This document shows positions 32,286 to 42,455 of a stretch of DNA of 64,000 bases, piece after piece (within the stretch, counting starts at the first letter, position 1; each line of letters opens with the position of its first letter). The notes under the pieces were generated by a model. The model was not told the DNA's origin, ran no database searches, and was given only the letters and a program-made list of their open reading frames with translations. Position numbers and translations under genes: made by a program. The DNA lies in contig CAZQEI010000005.1 of assembly GCA_964592195.1 (NCBI GenBank), forward strand, positions 5,689-69,688, read 5' to 3'. This stretch comes from an uncultured Gammaproteobacteria bacterium (GTDB lineage: Bacteria > Patescibacteriota > Patescibacteriia > UBA11705).

Positions 32286-32795
32286 CTAGATCTTAGTCGT
32301 TTTTAATTCTTCAATCACATCGCTAATCAATTTTTCATGTTTTGTCTTATCAATGGCACCTCCAGCAATTTTGCCCGAGGCAATCAAAATCAACTCACCC
32401 AATTCATTGCGCAATTCTTTCATCATGGTTTGTTTTTCATTGAAAATTTCAACCTTGGCATCAGAAACAATTTTTTCAGTTTCTTTCTTGGCTTTTTCAA
32501 TTTTCTGACGACGAACATCCTCTGCATCTTTTTCCGCAGTAGTGATAATTTTTTGCGCTTCTTGACGGCCACGCTTCACTTCTTGCTGACGATCAACCTC
32601 AATCTTTTTCAATTTTTCGTCGAAGACTTCGGCATTTTTCAAACCTTCATCAATTCGTTGACTGCGTTCGTGCATTAATTTCATCAAAGGACGGACACCA
32701 AAAATGTATAATACAATCAATACTATTAAAAAATTTACCGCTTGTGCGACCAACAAATGCCAGTCCACGTAAAAAGTTTTCATTATTTCTTCCAT
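32286..32795 (-). CDS. atpF: Fo ATP synthase b subunit
   Basis: A single N-terminal TM helix followed by a long charged helix, plus operon position. Confidence 0.8.
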   Translation of the reverse strand: MEEIMKTFYVDWHLLVAQAVNFLIVLIVLYIFGVRPLMKLMHERSQRIDEGLKNAEVFDEKLKKIEVDRQQEVKRGRQEAQKIITTAEKDAEDVRRQKIEKAKKETEKIVSDAKVEIFNEKQTMMKELRNELGELILIASGKIAGGAIDKTKHEKLISDVIEELKTTKI

Positions 32796-32853
32796 AGGTT
32801 TTAATATAAATAATCTTTAGTCTCTCGCCAATTGCTTGGCAAGAGTAAAAAAA

Positions 32854-33087
<234 letters not shown>

Positions 33088-33099
33088 TTATTATTTTTT

Positions 33100-33195
33100 C
33101 TACGAATGACATATTTGCTACGCTTGTCCGCCTCAGGCGGAAAACAACGGATATAATATCGATACGTAGATTCGTAGCTGATTCGTTATTGGTAG
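33100..33195. repeat. Composite GTAG-rich intergenic repeat family R2, copy ii
   Basis: tctacgaatgacatatttgctacgc + GC hairpin ccgcctcaggcgg + cgtagattcgtagctgattcgttattggtag. Confidence 0.6.
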
Positions 33196-33200
33196 CTCAA

Positions 33201-34076
33201 TTAATGCTCATCCGCCGTTGACGCAATCGAATAGTAAACTAAACTCAACATGGCGAAAATTAACGCTTGCACCACGCCAACTATTAACTCCAAGAACATG
33301 AATGGGATTGGCAAACCATAAGCGGAAATAACGGCCAAAGTTGATAATAAAACTTCACCGGCGAAAATATTACCGAACAACCGGAAAGATAATGAGGCGA
33401 CTTTGGCAATTTCACCGATGATCTCAATTAAACCAACGAAAAACTTAATTGGATTCACCACAATCACGCTAAAATCTTTTCTTATATGTTTAGGGATTTC
33501 CCAGAAAGTTTTCAAATTAACAAACTTATTGGCATGTTTCAAAATACCCACCGTCATCATACCAAAAATGTTCGCGCCGATAACGCTGATCAAAGCTAAC
33601 GCCAAGGTAGTATTCAAATCCGCTGTGCCACCTCGGAAGAAAGGAACAAACGTATTGTGCTCAACAAAGCCAATTGATCCAATTCCCGGTAACAAACCTA
33701 ACCAGTTATTCAATAAAATGAAAATAAAAAAAGTGAACACAATTGGGAACACTTTCTCAGATTTTTTTCGATCATTGGTCACGTTGTCGCACATTTTCAG
33801 TGCACCCTCAACCACAATCTCAAATATATTTTGTAAACCGCGAGGTACTAAACGTAAACGAGTGCGCAAAACAGCAGTAAAAACTATAACTATTAAAACT
33901 ACTAACCAAGTATTTAATAACGAGTTTGTGATTGGAAAGTTACCCACATGAATGATCGGCTCAGCTCCCAAGGTTACTTCATGTTTAATTTCCGCATGCG
34001 CTTCCGCCGACACCACCTCTCCGGCTGGCGGTTGTTCTGTAACTAATTCGTGCTCAATTGTCGGTTCGCTCGTCAT
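33201..34076 (-). CDS. atpB: Fo ATP synthase a subunit
   Basis: A polytopic membrane protein with the conserved Arg region (LSFRLFGNIFAGEVLL). Confidence 0.85.
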   Translation of the reverse strand: MTSEPTIEHELVTEQPPAGEVVSAEAHAEIKHEVTLGAEPIIHVGNFPITNSLLNTWLVVLIVIVFTAVLRTRLRLVPRGLQNIFEIVVEGALKMCDNVTNDRKKSEKVFPIVFTFFIFILLNNWLGLLPGIGSIGFVEHNTFVPFFRGGTADLNTTLALALISVIGANIFGMMTVGILKHANKFVNLKTFWEIPKHIRKDFSVIVVNPIKFFVGLIEIIGEIAKVASLSFRLFGNIFAGEVLLSTLAVISAYGLPIPFMFLELIVGVVQALIFAMLSLVYYSIASTADEH

Positions 34077-34347
34077 ATTTATCTAAATTTTTCTCTTTTT
34101 TTAATTTTTCGTCCTCAACAGCCAGAGTTTTACGATATTCTATTGTCTTTTTAACTAAGCCGAAATTTGTTACCAGGAACGCCACGGCCACGCATATAAT
34201 AAGATAACGCGAGCCGGTTTGATAACGTTCATCCAACCAGGAACCCAGAAGTAACGCCAAAATTATCGGCCCCGCGATCCACGCAGATATCTGAGCCATA
34301 AAGTTCAAAGCCGGACGCCACCAAGGTTCATTTTCGTTTGGCAACAT
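34054..34347 (-). CDS. ATP synthase protein I/AtpZ-like small membrane protein
   Basis: A 97 aa, two-TM protein immediately upstream of atpB. Confidence 0.5.
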   Translation of the reverse strand: MLPNENEPWWRPALNFMAQISAWIAGPIILALLLGSWLDERYQTGSRYLIICVAVAFLVTNFGLVKKTIEYRKTLAVEDEKLKKEKNLDKYDERTDN

Positions 34348-34598
34348 AGTTTTGTGATGTAATTAAAAGAGACGGAGGACGACTATATACTATACTTTTT
34401 TATCAATCGTGTCAATGTTTTTTGTTGATAAATGTCGATATATTGTCAAATATTCATTACCTTTACTTCAAACACACAGAAAATCTTCTTTCCACCACTA
34501 AAGTGGTGGGTAAAAAATATAACAATGCTTCAACAACTAATTATACTGCAAAATTTATGACTTCCCCCCCCCCTTCAGTGGGTGAATCATTCCTAAAT

Positions 34599-35435
34599 TT
34601 AAGCCAAATTAAACAACGCCTTAGCATTTCTGGAAGTCAATTCATTCGCCGCATCAAAGCTAATGCCACGAATCTCGGCAATCTTGGAAATAACATATTC
34701 CACATACATTGGTTCATTTCTTTTGCCACGGAATGGCTCAGGTGTCAAATACGGACAATCAGTTTCCGCCACAATTCGTTCAGCCGGTAAAGTTAAACAC
34801 AAACGTGGCAATTTCCCGGTTTTGTCAAAGGTTAAAATTCCATTAAATCCAAAATAAAAACCTAATTCCACAAATTGTTCTGCCAACTCTTGATCCCCTG
34901 AATAACTATGTAACACGCCTCGTTGTTTAGGTAAGTTCTTTTTTAACTCTCTTAACAAATCACGATAGGCATCACTCGGGTCATCCTTAGTTCCTCGTCC
35001 GTGAATGATTAACGGCTTACCAACTTCATTGGCCAAATTGATTTGCGCTTGCAGTTCAGCTTTTTGATTTTCTTTGGCCGTAGGAATATCCTTTACTAAA
35101 CTTAAATGGTAATAATCTAAACCACATTCGCCAATGGCCACCACTTTGGGATCGCGGGCTAAAACACGATAAGCATGTGGATCAAAAATTTCTGCGCGAG
35201 TTTGAAAAGTAGATTTTTCTTCTGTGACTTCCATTTCTTCCATTTGAATCGGATGCAAACCAACGGCGGCGTAAACGCCAGAATGAGTTTGCGCTAATTC
35301 AACCGCGCGATGACTAGTAGTGTATTGGGATCCAACATTAATTATTGTAATTCCCTTTTCTTTTGCGCGATTAAAAACTTCTTCCAAATCATTTTTGAAA
35401 CTATGAAAATTAACGTGAGCGTGAGTGTCGATCAT
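34599..35435 (-). CDS. tatD: TatD family metal-dependent hydrolase
   Basis: N-terminal MIDTHAHVNF and a TIM-barrel-length ORF. Confidence 0.8.
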   Translation of the reverse strand: MIDTHAHVNFHSFKNDLEEVFNRAKEKGITIINVGSQYTTSHRAVELAQTHSGVYAAVGLHPIQMEEMEVTEEKSTFQTRAEIFDPHAYRVLARDPKVVAIGECGLDYYHLSLVKDIPTAKENQKAELQAQINLANEVGKPLIIHGRGTKDDPSDAYRDLLRELKKNLPKQRGVLHSYSGDQELAEQFVELGFYFGFNGILTFDKTGKLPRLCLTLPAERIVAETDCPYLTPEPFRGKRNEPMYVEYVISKIAEIRGISFDAANELTSRNAKALFNLA

Positions 35436-35530
35436 ATATCATGGAACATGGAGCATGGAACATGTAACATTCGAAATGGGACATGATCATGCAACAACGA
35501 AATATTAAATTCTAAATCCTAAATTCTTTT

Positions 35531-35660
35531 TTAAACTTATTCCTCTTCTGCGAGTCCCGCAAAGCGGGACGTGGCAGTCTCGACAAATCACTTGGGCCTT
35601 GGAAATAGTTTTCAAGAGATTGCCGCGTCGTCCCGATTGAATCGTGACTCCTCGCAAAAT
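35531..35660. repeat. Composite intergenic repeat family R1, copy c
   Basis: tcctcttctgcgagtcccgcaaagcgggacgtggcagtctc ... agagattgccgcgtcgtcccgattgaatcgtgactcctcgcaaa. Confidence 0.6.
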
Positions 35661-35680
35661 AGTGAGAATATATGAAAAGA

Positions 35681-38104
35681 CTACTCAGCTGGTTGCATCA
35701 TTAACCGTTCCCAATCGGTGATATCAATTACTCTTGTGACAATTTTATCATCTAACAACGCAATGACTTTCACAAAATTATTTTTAATATGCTCGAAATG
35801 ATAAATCTCATCAAATTCTTGACTGCACTGCTCACCATCTTCATTCATTAAACATTCTTCATCATCCCCTTTTGCCATAAAAAATACCTTGCCATTTATC
35901 ACTTTAAAAGCTTCAAATTTTTTATATTGTTTGTCTACATCAATCTTTTTTCCTTTAATGTATATTATTGAATGTCCATTATTCTTATATGCAATTAAAG
36001 ATAATTCTCCCGGAAAAATATTATCAATGTACTCTATGTCATCACAACCATCAGGAATTATATCCACCCCATCTAAAAGAAGATGTTTCCCGGTACCATC
36101 AAGATAGTCAAAGATCACATGACCTGATACTTCAATCGGTTCGCCTACTTTCCAACAGCCTAACTGAGGTGTTACCAATTTATCATTAATGAACACATGA
36201 AAATTATTATTTTGATAATCACGAACAGAAATCACAACCTTTCCGGCGATATTATGAACTACCGGTTTTTGATCTATTCCATTATTTCTCAATGATAATT
36301 GCTTGCCTTTATAAAACACCTGCCAAGTGCCATCATTTGACGCAGTATAAAAGACTCCCATTTCTGCCATTTCTTGAGAAGTGAATAAATGATCACAACC
36401 AAGTATTGGCGTCACTTCTTTATCATCATAATACAAATGTTGTTTACCCTGTTCATCAACAACCCAATATTCCAAATGATTTTTGGTGGCAATTAAATCT
36501 TTTAGTTCTTCATGGCCAGAAGGATCGGTTATTTCTTGGTCTCCAACAAACACATGCCATTTATCATCCAATGTTTTTGCTGTATAAGCCACCTTACCTT
36601 TATATTCTACAATCTTACCATCATCAATTGTTACATGCTGAAACTCCCGATTGGCGGATAACTCTTTTTTTCCATAATATAAATGATCATTGCCTACTTG
36701 ATCTCTGGCGGTAAAAACAATCTCACCAGCTAAAGTTTGCATCTGAAAGTAATTCACCTGACAACAATCATCATTATTTATTTTTTCATTATTAATATAA
36801 ATGTCATGCATCCCCTTTCTTGGCCCAAGGCTCTTTTTTACCACGGTCACGATTTGACCATTAATCACCTTCACTTTAATAATTTCATATTCAATACCAA
36901 GCGTTAGAACCTCCTTCTTGCCATGGATAATAATTCGATTGTGATGATCGTCAACAACATCAAAGACAGGCAAACCATTTAAATCATGAATTTCTGTAAT
37001 TTCTTCATATCCGTTTGGAGGGGTATATTCCTTTTGGCCAACAAAAACATGATGGCGTCTCCCCAACTTTCTATCAATTGTCTCGGTAATATATGCAACA
37101 TTCTCACCCACATCATAATTTTTATTCGGTGTTACACATCCTTCAGGTGGAGTAATCTCTTTGTCTCCATAAAAAATATGTACTACTTTTTCATCATTAA
37201 AAATAAAATTAAAATAAATCTTACCTCCTCTATCTATCGGCCCGAGCAATGAGCTGATTGGTTTGGGCGTATTAAATTCTTGTCCATCTATATAGACATG
37301 AAGATTGCCATCATTATCACTCGCAGTGAGAAACGAATGTCCGGCAATTACATCAACTTTATAATGTCGTTTATGCCCAGGTTTTAAAATGATTTCCTTA
37401 CCATCAAGATAATAATGACGCTGATCATTTTCATCAATCGCCTCAAAATATATTTTACCAGTTGACTCTTTAGGTTTTGTGATTTGTATATAACCATCCG
37501 GAGGTGTCACCCATTTTCCATTAAGATACGCATGACTCTTTGCGCTCTTATCTGTGGCCAATAAGATCAATTGGCCAGCCTCTCCGTTTTGTAAAATTTT
37601 AAACGTTAATGTTCCTTTGGGATGAATAATTTCTTTACCTTTTAAAAAAATGCGATCAACTTTATCTGCTCCTTGTACTTTAATAAAAGATTCTCCATGA
37701 ACCAGTCGACGAGAAATATGCAAGGCTCCTTCCTTATCCAAAACTGATTTATTATCAATATACAAATGTTGACGTCCTGGATTATCTTTCAAAACAAACG
37801 ACGAATGGCCAGCCAAAACCTCTGGATCAATTTCAATCGACCTACCATTTAATTTAACTTCCTTTTCTAAGTATTTAAAAGACTCCAACGATTCTTCGAA
37901 CGTGGCGATATCATGATATTTCCCCACTAAACGTAAAGCCTCAGCCACAGCTTCTGGATTTTTATCTTTTAACTTTTCGGTTAATTCCATCAACTTCTCG
38001 TTCACCGCAACCAAATCAGGCGCGGATTGGCGCGAAATATCGGCGGTGAGTTTTTGGGTGGGAAAGTTTTTCATTGAATTAGTCATTTCGAATTTACGAA
38101 TCAA
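35681..38104 (-). CDS. N-module family protein F6 (807 aa) with a long internal tandem-repeat (about 45 aa units) C-terminal region
   Basis: N-terminal QKLTADISRQSAPDLVAVNEKLMELTEKLKDKNPEAVAEALRLVGKYHD. Repeated units of type G..HhYhDGKEh.P.G follow (HLYIDNK, HVYIDGQ, HVFVGQKE, HLYYGKKE, HVFVGDQE, HLYYDDKE, FHVFINDK). The start may be the downstream Met at 38086. Confidence 0.55.
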   Translation of the reverse strand: MIRKFEMTNSMKNFPTQKLTADISRQSAPDLVAVNEKLMELTEKLKDKNPEAVAEALRLVGKYHDIATFEESLESFKYLEKEVKLNGRSIEIDPEVLAGHSSFVLKDNPGRQHLYIDNKSVLDKEGALHISRRLVHGESFIKVQGADKVDRIFLKGKEIIHPKGTLTFKILQNGEAGQLILLATDKSAKSHAYLNGKWVTPPDGYIQITKPKESTGKIYFEAIDENDQRHYYLDGKEIILKPGHKRHYKVDVIAGHSFLTASDNDGNLHVYIDGQEFNTPKPISSLLGPIDRGGKIYFNFIFNDEKVVHIFYGDKEITPPEGCVTPNKNYDVGENVAYITETIDRKLGRRHHVFVGQKEYTPPNGYEEITEIHDLNGLPVFDVVDDHHNRIIIHGKKEVLTLGIEYEIIKVKVINGQIVTVVKKSLGPRKGMHDIYINNEKINNDDCCQVNYFQMQTLAGEIVFTARDQVGNDHLYYGKKELSANREFQHVTIDDGKIVEYKGKVAYTAKTLDDKWHVFVGDQEITDPSGHEELKDLIATKNHLEYWVVDEQGKQHLYYDDKEVTPILGCDHLFTSQEMAEMGVFYTASNDGTWQVFYKGKQLSLRNNGIDQKPVVHNIAGKVVISVRDYQNNNFHVFINDKLVTPQLGCWKVGEPIEVSGHVIFDYLDGTGKHLLLDGVDIIPDGCDDIEYIDNIFPGELSLIAYKNNGHSIIYIKGKKIDVDKQYKKFEAFKVINGKVFFMAKGDDEECLMNEDGEQCSQEFDEIYHFEHIKNNFVKVIALLDDKIVTRVIDITDWERLMMQPAE

Positions 38105-38186
38105 TTACGAATATGTTCGAATTATTATTTATCGGGCTCGGAAAGTAATTCGTAAAAATTCGAAACAAATTCGTACATTCGTAATG

Positions 38187-38684
38187 CTATATTAAGGACT
38201 TCAACGTCGCCAGCACATCCGGTAACAACGGCATTACAATTTTAGATATTTTAAGAAAAATGGAACACAGGATAGAATCGCGGGCTTGACCGAGCACCCA
38301 GGGATTGAATGGGAAACGACTGTAGAAGAAAGTTAAAACCGATAAGATCATTATACTCTCAACCAAACCAAGAACAAAGCCCATAAACTTGTTAATCGTG
38401 TGTAAAAACGGTAACAGCATAACGATTTGTAATATTTTTCCCAGTAACCAAAAGAAAATCCCGATTAACTTTGACACGATAAAATAGATAACTAGAAAAG
38501 CGAAAAAATTCGCCATATTAGTCGCGCCAAACATTTGACCGGCTAACAAAAAGTATTTACCCGCCACCACAATACCAATAAGCATGGCAACAATTTTTCC
38601 CGCGGATAAAATAAAACCGCGACGCAAGCCCAAAATGGCACCGGCTAAAATTAACGATAACAAAATGAAATCAAGGACGTTCAT
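38187..38684 (-). CDS. cvpA: CvpA family membrane protein
   Basis: A 165 aa, 4-TM protein with N-terminal MNVLDFILLSLILAGAILGLRRGFI typical of CvpA. Confidence 0.65.
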   Translation of the reverse strand: MNVLDFILLSLILAGAILGLRRGFILSAGKIVAMLIGIVVAGKYFLLAGQMFGATNMANFFAFLVIYFIVSKLIGIFFWLLGKILQIVMLLPFLHTINKFMGFVLGLVESIMILSVLTFFYSRFPFNPWVLGQARDSILCSIFLKISKIVMPLLPDVLATLKSLI

Positions 38685-38703
38685 ATATATTTATTTTTTA
38701 TTT

Positions 38704-39675
38704 TCAAATACTTGGGTCTGGTTTCCATTTAAATAATATCCCTGCTGTCCCAAAGGCTGACATAGTCGGTCTCAAACCATCTTGACATAAAACAATTTCA
38801 TCATTCACCACGCCAACGCCCACATGATCTCTTCGCCTGACATCAAAAGCTCTAAAGAAACCTATATCACTACCTGGTTTATGAAAATGTTCTGGTCCAC
38901 GAACCATAATGAAATATAGTAATTCCTCAATCGTTACTCCATATTTTTCCCAAATTTTTTTTGCACTAGTCATCGATGGTTGTAATAGATTTAAATGACT
39001 AGCAAAATTTTGTATTGCTTTTGCACGAAGGAAAAAATCATCTTCCGTTAAACTTGACCCCTCCACAATGTTATTGCTAATCAACATCCAACCAGGAGAT
39101 AACGATTTCGTGTCCGGAATGTTTAGTCTTAAAATATCTGGAAAATTTCCGGCATTGAGAGAAGTGCTTTGCATTCTCATAGTCACTTTTCTATCAAGTA
39201 AAAAGCGACACATATCATAAAGTTTCGGAGACTCAGTTAATTTACCAGCAACAACCATATAACGAGGAATATAGACCAAGCTCATGTTCAATTCTTTTGC
39301 TCTTTTCAACTCGCCAACATTAAATGGAATCTCGGGTATCCCGGATCTTTCTTCCAAAAATAAATATTCATCAAATTTACTGCTACAAAACGCATTATCT
39401 TCTGGTCCGTAAACATTATCATGACCCATAATTTCTCGAGCTAATTCAAATTGCATCTCCCACGGGGAGCCAAACTCACGCCTTTTAACAGGATTATAAG
39501 CCTCTAATTTTTCTTTTATAATTCTAATCTCATCCGGACTCAAAGGCTTACCATTCTTAGCTTTCACCATGGCATGCAGTTGCTCCATTAAATCAGCGTA
39601 AGAAAGAGATTCTTCGCCTTTTGATAAGGTTAAATCAATTTTTGGTTCACCGATGGCCATATTTATTTTTCCCAT
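38704..39675 (-). CDS. N-module family protein A1 (type-A C-terminal domain)
   Basis: MAIGEPKIDLTLSKGEESLSYADLMEQLHAMVKAKNGKPLSPDEIRIIKEKLEA, then SLVYIPRY, GWMLISNNIV and a C-terminal GILFKWKPDPSI. The probable true start is the internal MAIGEPK Met. Confidence 0.55.
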   Translation of the reverse strand: MGKINMAIGEPKIDLTLSKGEESLSYADLMEQLHAMVKAKNGKPLSPDEIRIIKEKLEAYNPVKRREFGSPWEMQFELAREIMGHDNVYGPEDNAFCSSKFDEYLFLEERSGIPEIPFNVGELKRAKELNMSLVYIPRYMVVAGKLTESPKLYDMCRFLLDRKVTMRMQSTSLNAGNFPDILRLNIPDTKSLSPGWMLISNNIVEGSSLTEDDFFLRAKAIQNFASHLNLLQPSMTSAKKIWEKYGVTIEELLYFIMVRGPEHFHKPGSDIGFFRAFDVRRRDHVGVGVVNDEIVLCQDGLRPTMSAFGTAGILFKWKPDPSI

Positions 39676-40637
39676 TTGAATAAAATACCGGCTTGATGAA
39701 AAGAATCTGTGGCAGATAATAATTGCTCTTCAAATAGCACTAATTCTTTATGTGCCACGCCAATCCCAAACTGATCACCGTGTTCTTCACCATATGCACG
39801 AAAAACACCTTTATCACTACCGGACTTCCAAACTTTTTCTTCTCCACGCACAATGATAAAATATAATAATTCAACTATTGTTGGACAATGTTTTTTAAAA
39901 GTATCATCAATGTCAATATTTGAGCCTATTCGTTCATCAACGGACAAACGACTAAAAAACTCTTTCAATCTAAAAGCCCTCTGAAATTGATTTTCCTCAG
40001 TTAAGTCTGTGTTTTTCACTATTTGATTACTTATCATCATCCAACCAGAGGTTAAATGAATATAAAAATCTTTTTCTTTCACACTGCTTATGATTTCAAG
40101 CAAATTCCCAGCATTTATAGATCTGTCCATAAATCTCATTGCTTTCTGCATTTCTAAAAGCCTCAAGACCATGTGTACAAGCGATGGGATTTCTACATTT
40201 TTTTTCCTTACAATAATTCTTCCCGGCTTATACACCAAACACATATCCATTTCTTTTGCTCTTTTCAACTCATCCGCCGTAAATGGAATTTTATCAATAC
40301 CATACTTCATCTCGGCCTGCATATATTCGTCAAACTCGTTACCATAACAAAAAACATTTTGCTCAGGTCCATAGACATTGCCCTCGCCCATGATTTCTCG
40401 AGCAACATTAACTTGATCTTCCCAATCTCCACTAATTTCTTTTTGATTTCCAGGATCAAAAGACTCTAGTTTATCTTTAATGATTCTAATTTCATCCGGA
40501 CTCAATGGCTTACCATTCTTAGCTTTCACCATGGCATGCAGTTGCTCCATCAACTCGGCGTAAGAAAGTGATTCTTCGCCTTTTGATAAAGTTAATCCAA
40601 TTTTTGGTTCTCCGATGGCCATAATTATTTCTCCCAT
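39663..40637 (-). CDS. N-module family protein A2 (type-A)
   Basis: Colinear tandem paralog. MCLVYKP, GWMMISNQIV and a C-terminal GILFKWEK. Confidence 0.55.
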   Translation of the reverse strand: MGEIIMAIGEPKIGLTLSKGEESLSYAELMEQLHAMVKAKNGKPLSPDEIRIIKDKLESFDPGNQKEISGDWEDQVNVAREIMGEGNVYGPEQNVFCYGNEFDEYMQAEMKYGIDKIPFTADELKRAKEMDMCLVYKPGRIIVRKKNVEIPSLVHMVLRLLEMQKAMRFMDRSINAGNLLEIISSVKEKDFYIHLTSGWMMISNQIVKNTDLTEENQFQRAFRLKEFFSRLSVDERIGSNIDIDDTFKKHCPTIVELLYFIIVRGEEKVWKSGSDKGVFRAYGEEHGDQFGIGVAHKELVLFEEQLLSATDSFHQAGILFKWEK

Positions 40638-41554
40638 TTAAATAACACACCGCTATGTTTCAAATTACTGGTATTTGACAATGCATCGTTAACTAAAAAA
40701 CTTATTTCATTAAAAAATACACTTAAACAAAATGAATCCCTATGTTCTTCATCAAAAGCCCGAGCGACAAATCTATCTGATCTAGGCACCCACATATTTT
40801 TCACCCCTCGCACAAGACAAAAATACAAAAGTTCGGCCATTGACGGACAGTGTCTTTCCCATATAGCATTAGGCAAAACAGTATTTCCGGCTTCATATTC
40901 TTTGAATCTTAACCAATCATGACCAAAAAACGCCATTTTTTCAGCCCGCTCTCTGAAATTACTATCTTTGTCATCAGTTTTTTTTATTATATTTTTTGAA
41001 AGCAACATCCATCCTGATTTAAACATTGAATTTTTATCAATATTTTTTAAAACATCTTTATCCAACCCACAATTGATAGTTACTCCCAAATTCTTTGCCA
41101 CTTCCATAAAAGATTCAAGTCTGGGATTATACATTTCAACATTTGAAAATCTAAATGCCCAAGGTTTATAGACTAAACACATATCCGCTCTTCCCGCCAG
41201 CTCAAGGTCAAATTCAGAAAAAGGAATATCTGGGATATTATTAAGTATCTTCGTGTTTAACGCTGATGCAATTACATCTGGTCCATACACATTTTCCGCT
41301 CCCAATATTTCTCTGGCAATATTTACATCCGCTCGATCAAATTCATATTGATTTGATTTATCAGGAACAAAAGCTTCTAATTTTTCTTTTATAATTCTAA
41401 TCTCATCCGGACTCAAAGGCTTACCATTCTTAGCTTTCACCATGGCATGAAGTTGTTCCATCAACTCAGCATAAGAAACTGATTCTTCGCCTTTTGATAA
41501 TGTTAAATCAATTTTTGGTTCACCAATGGCCATAGTTAAATAAATTTTTCCCAT
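40625..41554 (-). CDS. N-module family protein A3 (type-A)
   Basis: Colinear tandem paralog. MCLVYKP, GWMLLSKNII and a C-terminal GVLFKWEK. Confidence 0.55.
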   Translation of the reverse strand: MGKIYLTMAIGEPKIDLTLSKGEESVSYAELMEQLHAMVKAKNGKPLSPDEIRIIKEKLEAFVPDKSNQYEFDRADVNIAREILGAENVYGPDVIASALNTKILNNIPDIPFSEFDLELAGRADMCLVYKPWAFRFSNVEMYNPRLESFMEVAKNLGVTINCGLDKDVLKNIDKNSMFKSGWMLLSKNIIKKTDDKDSNFRERAEKMAFFGHDWLRFKEYEAGNTVLPNAIWERHCPSMAELLYFCLVRGVKNMWVPRSDRFVARAFDEEHRDSFCLSVFFNEISFLVNDALSNTSNLKHSGVLFKWEK

Positions 41555-42453
41555 TTAAACATAACGCCGGAACCTTTAAGCTCATCCTTATTAGTTAACT
41601 TTTCTTCATCAAAACCAAATAACTTATTCCCCGTCATCGCCAATCCCAAATAATGTATTTGCGATTTGTCGTATCCACGAGCTTTAAAGATCTCTTGCCC
41701 GGACAGCATTAATCGCTCTTTTCCCAAGGTCATCATTACAAATAATAATTCGGGCAAAGACATAACATGATTTTGCCACAATCTTTTAGCCAGATTTTCA
41801 TTCATGGCCTCATTGTACCCCATATCCAATCTATTAACCGCGAAATCCTGCAAACATGCTGCTTGTTGAAAATAGTTCTTGCCACCCACAGAAAGTTGTA
41901 AAACATTTTTTGATACTAGCACCCAGCCAGAATGCATCATATTACTCGGAACTAAATTTGGATTATTTTCCGCCCAACTAAAAGCATCAAAACTTTCAGT
42001 TACCAATTGACTCATAGCTTCAAAACTTACTCCCAGAGTTTCGCTCAGTCCAAACTGTTCCGGTGTTGGTTTATAAATCAAAAACATTCCACACTCACTG
42101 GCTTTTTGCAATTTCTCTTCGGTAAAACGGATGGCGGGTAATTCAGCGATGGGCGCCAAACTCCAACGTGTAGCAATTTCATCTGGTCCAATAAAATTTT
42201 CTCCAAACAAACCTCTCGCCACCTCCATCTGCGCTTCCACCCTGGCGCGCTTTAACATTTTTTCATGATTAAATCGGTTCTCTTTATATTTATCAAATAA
42301 TTTGCAAACATAAGCTACATCATCTGGATCCAGATGAACACCTTTTCCCTTGGCCAATACCAACGCATGAAGTTTTTCTGTTAACTCCGCGTAAGACAGA
42401 TGATCATCGTCTTGCGATAAGGTTAAATCAATTTTGGGTTCACCGATTGCCAT
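41536..42453 (-). CDS. N-module family protein A4 (type-A)
   Basis: Colinear tandem paralog. MFLIYKP, GWVLVSKNVL and a C-terminal GVMFKWEKFI. Confidence 0.55.
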   Translation of the reverse strand: MAIGEPKIDLTLSQDDDHLSYAELTEKLHALVLAKGKGVHLDPDDVAYVCKLFDKYKENRFNHEKMLKRARVEAQMEVARGLFGENFIGPDEIATRWSLAPIAELPAIRFTEEKLQKASECGMFLIYKPTPEQFGLSETLGVSFEAMSQLVTESFDAFSWAENNPNLVPSNMMHSGWVLVSKNVLQLSVGGKNYFQQAACLQDFAVNRLDMGYNEAMNENLAKRLWQNHVMSLPELLFVMMTLGKERLMLSGQEIFKARGYDKSQIHYLGLAMTGNKLFGFDEEKLTNKDELKGSGVMFKWEKFI

Positions 42454-42455
42454 AA

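Noticed and set aside
33403-33951. 182-aa plus-strand ORF inside atpB, and similar antisense ORFs inside ligA (1158-1464), atpA (30407-30703), atpF (32337-32678), gpmI, pgk, the 35681-38104 gene and mutM-adjacent 53419-53847
   Set aside because: These are antisense ORFs within conserved genes. AT-rich antisense frames readily stay open, and none carries a recognisable domain.
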